A stretch of 64,000 bases of DNA from Hydrolagus colliei (lineage: Eukaryota), in contig CM068749.1 of assembly GCA_035084275.1 (NCBI GenBank), positions 15,686,001-15,750,000 on the forward strand. Direction: 5' to 3'. The position numbers and the translations under genes were made by a program. Of this stretch, positions 24,669 to 36,140 are shown piece after piece. The notes beneath the pieces were generated by a model. It ran no database searches. It was given only the letters and a program-made list of their open reading frames with translations, and was not told the DNA's origin. Position 1 is the first letter of the stretch, and every line of letters starts with the position of its first letter.

Positions 24669-26204
24669 TTTGCATTTCAAAAAGCTACTTCCATAACATA
24701 TTTATAAGTTGTCTTCCATAAAATAATGCAAAACAAAATTGATTATGAAATTACATTTCAAAAGCTGAATTATTTATGGCACATTTGGTTATGAAAGTTA
24801 TATTTATTATGTGATAAAGTACAGTACACCATGATAAAGAATATGTTTACTTTATGACATATTGATCTTGTTGGAAATGCTAGAGCTCAGAAAATGAAGC
24901 TAATACTTGGTCTTCTCATTGAATATGTTAGACGAGATCGACAGCCTGATTAAAGATGTCCCTGCACAGTTGTACAAAACAGGATGTGACTTATTGCAAT
25001 TCATTTCAAGCAGCTTTTCTCTGCAGGTGGCAAAGGTCCTTGGCTTTGTTTCAAACCCTTGAAACAAACAGTAGGTTTAAATTACAGAAAGGGAAGATGA
25101 TTCCAGACTTGATTCGACTTTGGAGTTTTGCAGGCTGGTGATAGCTTTTGAGCGCAGTTTTTTTTCGCTCAGCCGGATGCAAAATCATTTCTGATTTATT
25201 TTTGTGAATGCCTCAAGTCGGTAGTGCTGAGTCATATTCATAACATTTATAATAAACTGATTCTCAAAATCAGGATTTTCTGAAGATACACTCCCTCCCT
25301 CCCGTAGCTTAAGGGCTTGCCCTACTCTCCAGCTGGTGTGCCGTAAAAGTGTATAATGAACCATTGTGTTACTATGTCAACAGATTCCGTATTTGGGGCA
25401 ATCTGAGAGTGAGTGAAATGATTGAAATTAGAAGGATTTAACAAAAGGCTACTAAAGACAAAGTTAGTTTCATAATTTCATTATGTTTTCAAAGTGCCTT
25501 TGATTATTTTTCGTTTTAACGCACATAGCAAGTTTTTGCTTTTCTTAAAGAAAAGGTTGTGCTCTTCAAGAACGCCGGCATGGGGGATCAAAGCAATTTC
25601 TAATTTTTTAGCAGGCGTTGTCATTGAGGTGTTTTTACATCGCATTTCCTTCCATAGATAAGCTCACCTCTAGCGGCAGGCCGTAATAAGAAATGGCTGG
25701 TTTTCCTGGTGCCAAATGTGTGAGGGCCCAGGTCAAAGAGTCAGATTTCCCACTGCCTCCGCACTTCTTCAGGAGAGTGCCGTCACCAAACTGACTGTCC
25801 CTCATGACTTCGCACTGATGCATGAACAACTGACATTGTGGTTCCTGGTGAGTTGATGTCAGATGTTTGCAAGTACATTGAGCGTCACAAGGAATTTATT
25901 TTGCGTTCTGCGTTGCCTAAGGAACTGAGAAGATGATTGCTGAGGAGCACCTCCCAGCCTCCGTTGCCATTATTTATGAAGAAGTTGTGAAGAAAATGTA
26001 TTTCACCAGTAAACATGAGGTCAAACTGTCACAAAATCCCATTATGCCGCAAGTGCCCTCTAGGCTGGCAGAGTCTGTGCAAAAGCAATAGTGTCTTGGG
26101 CTTGGCATGGTATCTTGAGCCTCAACAGTCACAATATACAAAAGTACCATGAGATACAGCATATGCTTTCTTTCCACATTGCTCCAGTGATAACAATTAA
26201 TAAT

Positions 26205-26627
26205 ACTAATACTGTACTTGCATTTGATATAGCACCTTATCATATCATTGAGCCATCTCAAAGCGCTTCACAAGATATACTGGAAAGTAGATTGATTGTA
26301 TTTTGCGGGTGAAAAACAGCAGCCGGTTTTACACATTGACAGCAATGTCACACAAACAGCCGTGCAATGAGAGATCAATTTTATTTGACCGACTGTTGGC
26401 CAGGACACCGGGAGAAGCTTTGTTCTCTTTTCGAATAGTGTTGTGAGATCTTTAACATTCACCTGAACAGGCAGAGTGGGACCTTCATTTAGCATCTATT
26501 CTGAAGGATGGCACCCTGACACTGCATTGGAGTGTCAGTTTAGACCATGTGATTCCAAGTCCTGTCATAGGGCTTGATCCCACAACCTTCTGACTCAGAG
26601 GCTAGAGTGCTGGGACCTTGCCAGGCT
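26205..26627 (-). mobile_element. Deu-domain SINE, full length
   Basis: Head CTTCTGACTCAGAGGCTAGAGTGCT, Deu core, and a tail of the same type as family A. Confidence 0.88.
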
Positions 26628-26899
26628 TTACACAAGAATGTGTCTTAAACTCTAATCTCTGAAGATAACCTCCTTCATTACCAATATGAACATTTCACTT
26701 GTAATGTTTCTGGCATCTCTGAACGACACTGTCAATTTATGCTGAACCATGGTCAATTTTATGCTGTGGGTTTACATCTAATTGACTTTTGGTTGAATCT
26801 CTTCAAATTCACACATACTGTATTGTGTATTTATTGTTAGAGAAGTAACTCTTATCTCAGTCCTACATCCAAAGCTTGGACTCAGAGGTGAAATGGCAA

Positions 26900-27278
26900 T
26901 ATAATAATAGTCCTTGCATTTTAAATAGCGATTTTTACGACTTGTAGACGTCTCAAAGTGCTTCACATATACTGTAAAGTGTATATAAGTGTATATAGAT
27001 TGTATATTTGTGGGCGAAACGCAGCAGCCATTTGTGTACATCAATGTCCCACAAACAGTAGTGGATTGAGTGACCAAATTGTTATTGTTTTTTGGGGGGG
27101 GATTATTATCCCTGGAAAAGTGATCCTCTATCCGACGAAGAACCAGGTTCAACTTACTGCTAGGTAAACAGAGGTGTCTGGACTATGAAACTTGCCCAGC
27201 ATTTTGCCCTGCTGGTAATAAAATCCGGGTCTCTTGCTTGCGAGGCGAGTGCGCTAACCACTGGGCTGCAAGACTCCC
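26900..27278 (-). mobile_element. SINE family A, full length, with a 50-60-bp internal insertion
   Basis: Head, body and tail are present; extra sequence at about 27110-27170 is absent from other copies. Confidence 0.9.
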
Positions 27279-29309
27279 GGAATATGCTCTGCTGTACTAC
27301 TGTAATTGACAAGACTCTCCTTATAAAGATTTTCATGTAATTGAGCTGTGTGCAAATACTCAGTATTAACTCTCTGGATAGTCGAAACAGAGTTGTGAGT
27401 GTCATAAAGTTAGAGGAAGTCAAGCCCTGTGAAAATATGTGTGAATATAATCAAACTTCTTACTGTTAAACAATTTTCTATAACGCATTTCATTCTATAA
27501 TTCTAGGGTATTTTGTTCTTCCTGAAGAATTTTACTGGGAGTAAATAATGAAAAAAAGATTTGACTTGCTAACAATGCGAAGTTGTGGAGTTGAGCCAAA
27601 GTGCACAGGCTGCTAAGATTTCTTGGCAAGTTTATGATAGCCCTGAATGTGTGTTTGGAGGAGGGGCTTGAAACAAACTCTTATTTTGAAACGGACAAGT
27701 GACGACCCTTCGTGCAAGCAGAACAACCAAAGAAAGAGCTGAATGGTTGGTCTGTTTCTGAAGCTCTCCCCTTGACGGCTCATATACATCTGACCGATAG
27801 TCAGAGTGATTCTGCTTTTGTGTCCACTCTGCTGGACAGACTGATCAGTTTTGACAAACCCAGCAATAAGGCCTTCTGCATAACCAATGATCTCCCTTTT
27901 TTTAAAAAATGTGAGGGACCTCTGGGATTGTAGACAGAGACAGGTTTATCTGTTTCGGTCCACTTTCTGTAGCTTTCAGTCTAGTGTGTATTCACTAAGG
28001 TCTTTGAGTGTACACCGCAGATGCCCAGCAGTAAATGTTCAAGCCAACCACAGAGGTGAACCTGATCAATTTTGCTCCTGTTTCATTGGCTTTCTATCTC
28101 CTATCCTTGTCTCCAGACTGGAGTCTAAAGATCAGGTAAGATAGCCGGGGAATCCGAATATTGTTTGACTGGTCTCAGCTGTCAGGTGCTCTTATTGGTA
28201 TATAAGAACAATAAATGTATTGTAAGATCACTTAGGATCAAGTAAGATAAGTTTTCTTCAGCCATTTTTCTCTTTCAACCGATCAATAAAATAAATAATT
28301 TGATAATAAGATGTATCTGTTATTGTTAAACTCAACTCCGTTAAGTGAAAGGTAGCGATGAAGTGGAGGATTAGCACAATTAGACTGCTTCATCGTCAGC
28401 GCTGAAGGCCAGCAATATTGTCTCATGATGCTTATAGGAACAGTAATAAATTCTCTGCAAACTAAAAGCCTACAGCATGGCTAATTTATTCATTAGGCTC
28501 CAAAGGAAAATAATTAAGTCTTGCTTTCTTTCTTAGTCTTCATTACAATTTAGCCTTTTTGCTGCATTCATTGACTGAATACTTATTAAATTGAATTAGT
28601 TTGGGAAGTTTTAGCTCTGCCTTAAAGAAAAACTAATCCAGTTTTCTTGACGCAACATTGATTAAATAAACCCAGTTTCACACAGGACGGACTAATTCCT
28701 TTATCCAATTTCTAATCCATCCTTCCATGTGTACATCGAAGCGTATTTAATTGGCACTGAAATTCTTTCTATTTCATTTAAGTAAACCTTTCTATTCTTT
28801 GTATGCGAATTAGATGCTTGGTCAAATCCCAAAAGTTTGCTGTGTCCAAAAGTGTCATATTTTTATGTTGTTTGTTCTATACATGAATAGGCAAAACAAT
28901 CTATGTGTAGATCTTTATATATTTTAAAAAGAAAATAATGTGTATTTGGCAAAATAAATGACATGATGCTGATTAAGAAAAATCAAATCAGCCACAGTCT
29001 AAAATGACAAACTTAGAGCCATCACTTTATTTACTTTTTTTTCATTTCAACATGTGAATGGTTGCAGAAAGTTCCCACTCCAGCTAGCTGCTCTGTAAGA
29101 CCCTATAAGAAATGTATGGTAATTTTATCATATGTCGTTCTTGTCATTTTTTGTTACACATATTTTAAAAGTTAAATTTTTCAGTCTGTTATTAGTCAGT
29201 CTCTGACTCTGTCTGTAGCTACAATTGTGTCAGTCCTAATGTGTATAGTAGAGTTCATTCATCACTGAAAACTACTTTATCAGAAACTTCTTTGATGCAG
29301 TCTGCTTCT

Positions 29310-29461
29310 CCCTTCTTACTCTTTCTTTCCTAGTCCTCTATCCTCCTATTGCTCTCTCTAGTCTACTTTTATCTTTAGTCTCCCGACCTGACTGTTCAGC
29401 GCTTTGGGATGTCCTCCTGACGTGAAAGGCGCTGTATAAGTGCAATTTTGTTGTTGTTGTT
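29310..29461 (+). mobile_element. L2 LINE 3' end
   Basis: Pyrimidine-rich UTR followed by GCGCTTTGGGATGTCCTCCTGACGTGAAAGGCGCTGTATAAGTGCAA(TTG)n. Confidence 0.85.
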
Positions 29462-31217
29462 TACTACTACTCCAATGTGAGCATTGTTGTGATCTAAATA
29501 ATCAAATACTGAGCTCCAGCAATACTTCTAATGACCATCATAGCACCAGGACCAACCCAGCAAGCACACAACAGTTTTGTGCAAAGAAGGCAAATTGTGA
29601 ATAAAGATATCAGAATTTACAGAATAAAAATGGGGCAGCAAGATTGTCATGGATTACATAATTAAATATCTCAATGCATGTTTGCACTAACTTTTATCTG
29701 AATCTTATATGCTTTTTCAGTAACCTAATTTTTTAAATTATATGTAGGTGTTTTACAATTTATTTTCATATATATTATAACATATAGTATATGTTCATGG
29801 AATGTTAGTGATGCAAATAGCTACTTTGCCTGTGTAACAACATCCATTTAATTTCTAATCATTTATATTTTACAAATTCTTCAAGACAGTTATTTTTAAG
29901 TGAAAGGTGTGATAATACATGCAATTTGTAATTATAATATATATCAACCTCATTCATCACCTTGGTATTTTGCAGTGTTCTGCAAACACATACATGTACA
30001 ATTAATCCAAATTAAATTTGGCATTGAAACGAGACAACTATGTTTCACTGGAGAACAAACATATCCAACTCCTCATTCCAGTGTAAAACACCCTAGGAAG
30101 TAAGATTATTCCAGCTAGAATCCTATGGCCATGCCAAGTTGAATCTTTGCAGCTTTTCTATTTCTCTTTGAAGCTTAACACAGTTTTGATACCATGTAAG
30201 GTCTTTTTTGCATTAAGTTAAAGATCTTGTGCAAGCACTGAGGGATATCCAAGCTAACTTCAATGTCCTATCTAAATCAAGTCCAAGGAGAAAGAGTTAA
30301 TATTTTAATGCACGTTTTATGGTTAGACCCAACTGAGTTTTGCTAATGGAAACATTTGTGTCAAGTGAAAAGAGATGATACTGTATTTCATTGAAGATAA
30401 AAGCTCTCCCTCGATACTGAGGGTTAGGTAGGGACTTTGCATTTTCCTAATTCCAACAATCAGCTGTTTTGGTGATACCAGTTAATTTGCACTCTAGCTG
30501 GAATTAAATACAATGCCAATAAAACAGATTGACAGGGATTAATACAGCCTCAATTCTAGTAAGAGTTTAGTATTAGTATTGCATCAAAAGCATGGCTGCA
30601 GGTCATACAATGTACAGGATCTCACACATTCTCTCTGTGACTTTCTTTAACTTATTCAGACTTACAATTTTATATGATGGGTCCATTATTACAATTGGAG
30701 ACCTTTTTGCTTCCACAGCTCAGTGTAACATTTCTTTAGCAATACTATGTGGGCAAATAGTGAAACTATGCCTAGAATTTCTTTTACGGCTTTTTTTTAT
30801 GAGATTTATTATTGTATGAGAAATAATGTTATATTAAAATTTTGTCTGATAATCCCTGCAAGAATGATTTATGCAAATTAAAATTGAAGAATCTCTGTTA
30901 AGTTTCTTCCACACTAACTGAGAAAGTTACAGGTGGAACGTGACTGATGACATTATTAACACAATGGAAGTTGTCATTAGTTATAGGTCTCATTATGAAG
31001 ATGTAATGAAAAGACTGTTAATTTTTATGATTGGTATATACGTGACCTCAATGTTTGTCAGCCTAGCTCACACTCTTGCCTCTGAGTCTGAAAGCTGTGG
31101 GTTTGAGCCCTGCATCAGGACTTGAACTCCCATTCTCTAAACTGACACTCCAATGAAGTGCTGGGGTATGTCGCCTTGTCAGAGGTGCCGTTCTTCAGAT
31201 GAGATGTTAAACTGAGC

Positions 31218-31263
31218 CCTGCCTGCCTGCCTGCCTGTCTGCCTGCCTGCCTGTCTGTCTGTC
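31218..31263 (+). repeat. (CTGC/CTGT)n tetranucleotide microsatellite
   Basis: About 11 units. Confidence 0.9.
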
Positions 31264-31265
31264 CG

Positions 31266-31335
31266 AACAACAACAACAACAACAACTTCGATTTATATAG
31301 CGCCCTCCATGCCGGACGGCATCTCAGAGCACTTA
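31266..31335 (-). mobile_element. L2-type 3' tail variant B nested in the Deu-SINE
   Basis: (AAC)7 TTCGATTTATATAGCGCCCTCCATGCCGGACGGCATCTCAGAGCAC. Confidence 0.82.
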
Positions 31336-31611
31336 AAGAAGGACATTCAGGTGGACATTAAAGATCCCATGGCACAACTGAAATGAGAAGTTTCGCCTTG
31401 TGCCCTGACCCTTTCTTGCCTATTTGTTTGCCATTGAAACAGGATAAATCACTGTACATCATGTGAAGTGCTTTGTGATGTCCCCCCGACATGAGAAACA
31501 CTACACCAAACATAATGGTTATAATTAGAATAGTGAAATTTGAATTCGGAATATTTTAGTGTATTGTTAACAAGTTAGTGCCTTTTGCTGTTGTGTTAGA
31601 ATACAATAATA

Positions 31612-31672
31612 TAATAACTACATTCAATGTAGTGCTTCTCATAACAGGAGGACATCTCAAAGTGTTTCACAG
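31612..31672 (-). mobile_element. L2/SINE-type 3' tail fragment
   Basis: CATTCAATGTAGTGC...GGACATCTCAAAGTGTTTCACAG. Confidence 0.55.
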
Positions 31673-32444
31673 GGTTTACTATAAAGTGTAGTGACTGTGT
31701 ATCTTGTAGGTGAAGAAATTGGAGTCAGTCATGGTATTTGAAAGCAGTGTTATTGTTTGAACTCTGCATTCAAATCCGATTAACTGTAGTTGGGGGAATA
31801 TTGAAGATACCCTCATGCACTTGTAACAGGATATGAAATGATCACTGTTCAGCATATTGGATTTCAGTTCAGAGTTCGGTGGTTCACTTCGAGCAGTGGA
31901 AATGATGCTCAAAAGCTGCAAAATAAAAAGCAGAAACCAAAGAAATTGACTCAGGCAATAGCAGAAATCCTGATTGAACAGTAATAACTGATTCTGTCTA
32001 GGGGATTGGTACTTTATCTGTGGATATGGTACCACAGGACTGAGTATAATAGGCCAATTGAAGGGATAATCTCACACTTTATCCTAAACTGCTTTTCTTC
32101 ATTTCATTTTGTGCAATCCAGGTGCCAAATATTCTTTAAACAGTGCTCACATCCGCTTGTACATAAAGAACAAAAAACATTTATGTATGACACATTATTT
32201 GTATTCAAAACTCAAAAAGACTCTCTATCTATACACATGAAAGATTTGCATCAATTAACTAAGGAACCCTACTTGACGCATATGTACACACATATCAATT
32301 GGCAATCATGAAATGTTCTGCACTGCTGGAAATGTAAGTACACTGCGCTATAATTGAAATACATAATGAATTAGTTTTGTTAAAAGTGATTGCATTTAAT
32401 CTATTTTCTTCGAATAATCTGACCAGAGAATGAGAGAGTGCAAT

Positions 32445-32595
32445 GGCCATTTACTGCTGGGACCTGGGTTCACTGGGGATAAAGAGACTTGCGTTTGATG
32501 AATAAAAAGCCTTCTCTCTCTGAAGGCTATTTCAATTTTGAGTGAAGTCTGACTTGTCTTGATTCCATTTCCCATGGGAAAATGTTCACAACAAA
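32445..32595 (+). mobile_element. Decayed LF-SINE-like 5' portion
   Basis: CTGGGACCTGGGTTCA head and downstream GTGAA...TCC.TTCC...GTTCACAACAAAC follow the LF-SINE layout as I recall it. Confidence 0.3.
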
Positions 32596-32937
32596 CAGTC
32601 CCTCCAATGCATAAGTGTCATACATCCAAAATTAGAAAACAAACAAGTGTGGAACTAAAGTTTTGTTGAAGTGTTTCACTCGTTTGTGGAAGTAACAGTA
32701 AAACAAAAGTATGCTGTACTAATATTATTTCTTTCTGGGCATACAGAGGCAGTGGGGTTGTCAAAATGTCTCCAGGAACACTGAGTTACTGTTGCAAACC
32801 CACAGGAGCATTTCAATGGGAGCCCCATCTTCCCATTACACTACTAAGGTGTTTCTTAAATGAATTAAGCCATGGCCTCAGCAATTTTTCCTGGTAACCA
32901 ATCCAGCTCCAGTTGTTGATTACTCTCTGGGTTATCC

Positions 32938-33000
32938 ATCGCCTCGGGATGTCCTCCTAACACGAAACACACTATATAAGTGCAATTTGTTGTTGTTGTT
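32938..33000 (+). mobile_element. L2 3' tail
   Basis: CGCCTCGGGATGTCCTCC...CTATATAAGTGCAATTT(GTT)n. Confidence 0.75.
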
Positions 33001-34016
33001 TCTGTTGTGAAATACTCTCTGGTTTCTGTCCTAATGAGTCTCTTTGGAACCTGTGAAACTGTAATCTCTTGTTTGGCAGATCTAAAAGTATTAAAGGCCT
33101 GGCACCCCGCCCCCCCACCCCATTCACCAGCAATGCACCAGGTGTGACTTGACCAGAGGCATGTGCTTGACCTCTGGATTGCCTGTTGTTTTGTATTGAG
33201 GTGCTTAAGTGACACAGTCTTCTCCTGTATATGGTATGCAAGAAATGTTTTGGGATCAGCAAACAGATTTAGTAAAGTTACTTTCAGATTAAAGAGAACC
33301 ATTTACCGCTTTTATGTCCAGATAAATCCTTTATAAAATTGTAAAATGGAACATTCTTTTGTTTCGGTTCCAGAACATTCCTTTGGACATATTTGAGACC
33401 GTGAGCTGCGTTTGAGAGGTATGTACTACCGAGGTTTCTGGGTTTTTTTCCCTCATATATCTTCTTGACTTTTATTTCACTTCATTCCCTTGGTGGCAGT
33501 TGTTAAAATACGGGTTGCCTACCTTTGACTTGCTGGAAGAGAAGCAATATGTAAATTTGACTGCTTTCCTCAAACTGCCTCAAAGCCCAAGCTGCCTGTC
33601 TAGTAGCTGAACTCTGGCCAGTTTTGTTTGAGCCCTGGTCCCCCACTGATAGCATCAGCTCTGCGCCATTTCCAGTTTGTTCACAGCGGGGCATCTGTTT
33701 CTGCAGATTAGCTAGCATGTGAGCGCAGAGCCAGCCAAGCCATGCAGTTCACTTCATGTCATACAAACCCAATGCAAATTCTGCCTCTCCATTCACAAAA
33801 ACAGCAGCACAAAGGCCGTCAGGATAGCAGCACTGGTTTCACGCTGCATAAATATGAGAAGAAGAAGACTGTGAAACGCGGGCTGGGAGAGTACATTTAA
33901 CTGTCAGTTTCAGTTTGATGGGGCATTTGCATCTTTACATCAGCATGATTTTTATACAAGTTCCATATTAATGTCCAGGTGGTCTTGCAAACAGGGCTCG
34001 TTGTAGGTTAAAGGTA

Positions 34017-34420
34017 ACCCTGGACTAGGGAGTGTAGAAATGAGCTATAATTCCCACTTCTATTTGCTAAAATGGTAACTGTAATGTTATTTCATCCAAA
34101 ACACAATGTATATTCACTCAGTCTTTTATTCGAACTCTACAAATCAACCTCTTTCAAAATCTGCAAGTCACTCTTCCCAGAATCCTTTGATACTTGCATC
34201 CTCCATATTCAATTGCCACTCAGGTCGTTAAAGCAATATGCAACAGTGTTTATCAAAGAGAAGGACACGATCGGCCACAGTTGTGATATGCTGCACAGTT
34301 ACATAACGTGCTCAATGTCTTGGGCTTGTACTTGAAGAATGGCCACTTGGGCAAGTTCCTGGAGCAGGACTCGTTCTCATGCAACAACCCAATGCAAGTT
34401 CAGGAGAGGAGGGATGAAAA
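34017..34420 (+). mobile_element. AmnSINE2-like ancient SINE, central and 3' part, with an internal insertion of about 160 bp
   Basis: CCCTGGACTAGGG, GGACACGATCGG..TGTGAT, TGAAGAATGGCCACTTGGGC and TTCAGGAGAGGAGGG are collinear with the AmnSINE2-type consensus as I recall it. Confidence 0.55.
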
Positions 34421-35079
34421 ATTTTATGTGGTTCCAAAGTAATTAGGAAAGCTTTCTAGACTCTATAATGCTCAGATGGATGGATGGTTTATAAGTGGAG
34501 AGTTTAACAACGTAGGAAAAGGTAAATGTTTGAAAAGCCTAACTGTTATAAAATGGAATGATGTAAACACATGGAACTGTTAGTCTGAATTGTTAAAATC
34601 TAATGTAAACAGGTGCAAGTTTAATTAAATAAAATATAACAAGTTTACATTGCAAAAACCAAATGCGTACTAGGATTAGAATGGATTTGTCATTCACTCT
34701 CAGAGACGCCAGACAAACTTGACAATGTACAGCATCCGCCACAAAGGCTTCAACTGCATGGGAAGGACGGTTGTCGGAAACAGAGTAGAGAAAAATAAGC
34801 TTGTTTTTCGTAGGTTCCCATCAAAACGTCCCATCTTTTGGAAAAAGAAAATGCAATTCCTTTTGGGGGAAAAATATTCTGCTTCACAAAATTTCACTGT
34901 TACTGCTAGCAGTGTGATTAATCAAATCCTTCCAGGGAAAGTAAGGCAAAGGAGAAAGGAAACAGAGCCCACATCGCCTCAGTAGCAGAACTGAAAACAT
35001 TCTGCTAAATCTATACAGCTTGTACTTTTTAGACTCCCAACTACTGCTGTGATTGCTGGACTGGTAGAAGTTGCAACCA

Positions 35080-35144
35080 CCTTGGGATATTCTCCCGACG
35101 TGAAAGGCGCTATACAAATGTAATTTTGTTGTTTTTGTTGTTGC
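35080..35144 (+). mobile_element. L2 3' tail
   Basis: CCTTGGGATATTCTCCCGACGTGAAAGGCGCTATACAAATGTAA(TTG)n. Confidence 0.82.
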
Positions 35145-35761
35145 ATGGCTGTAAGACATTAAGAATGAATGGCCGTGTTAATATGAGTTTGGTCTCCCAA
35201 CTGGAGATGGGAGATTGGTGTCTCACACTCCTGCTGAATGCAAGTTGCCCAGTCTCTGGAGCCAGCCCAGGTGTTGGTATCCTCTACATATTATTGGGAA
35301 GATTGGAAGTACAGTATAATAATAGGAGAAAAATGAACTAATACAAGGGTGATTTTTGATGTTTTCTCTGCTGTCACTCATTGTGTTCAATATTACAAAA
35401 CTAATCTTTCAGCACTAAATTGTTTATGTGTCTGTAAGTGAATTTTGGTGTTTGAAGGGGGTTCTAATGGAATGTTATGGGTTTTGTTTCCAGTGCACAG
35501 GGCATTCTGGTTTGATTTGCACAGAGGGTGCATAAATGTGAAAGATTGCTCTGATATATATACCACGCAATATATGATCAGCATGCTGGGAGAATGAGTA
35601 TCACTTTCATCCATGAAGATACCCATTCCTAGTATTCATTCAACTCCGAGTTTGGTTTGTGTCTGTATCTTACTTAAATATATTGTGTTCCTCAGTTCAT
35701 CTTTTGGTTCCTTTGCGAGGCGAATTCTAGCTTTATAGGACATAAATGTTAATTTTTTCTT

Positions 35762-36140
35762 TGGAAAGGTTTAAGCGGAGATTTGTTTGAGATATTTAAC
35801 ATAAAGGAAGTAATTGACAGATGAGATAGTGGATGACTTTTCCCTCTGGTGGAGGGATCCATTACAATATATCTATTTGGCTTAAAGTCAGGCCTGAGAC
35901 CGTTTGAACTTGCGTCTGGAAATATTTCTCCACACAAAAGGTTGTGAGGGTATGAAATGCTCTCCCTCGGAAAGTTGCAGAGGCAGAATCAATGGGATTG
36001 TTTAAAGGAGAGATAGACAGATAGTGAGAAATAGACATATTATGGGATACAATGAAAGTATAGGGCAGTGGGACTAAAAAATCTGTCAAGATCTGATAAA
36101 TTGGTAGAACAGGGTTGATGGGCCTCCTGTTCTTGTTTTT
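35762..36140 (+). mobile_element. CR1 LINE 3' region
   Basis: Frames give LSGDLFEIF, FPLVEGS and FSTQKVVRV*NALPRKVAEAESMGLFKGEIDR; UTR ends GATGGGCCTCCTGTTCT. Confidence 0.85.

Larger units (their letters stand above)
31057..31505 (+). mobile_element. Deu-domain SINE interrupted by a microsatellite and a nested L2 tail
   Basis: Deu core GTCAGAGGTGCCG..CAGATGAGATGTTAAACTGAG resumes at TTCAGGTGGACATTAAAGATCCCATGGCAC after the insertion. Confidence 0.85.

Noticed and set aside
28355-28400. Hairpin CGATGAAG...CTTCATCG
   Set aside because: The stem of about 11-12 bp is too short for a pre-miRNA and could be chance.
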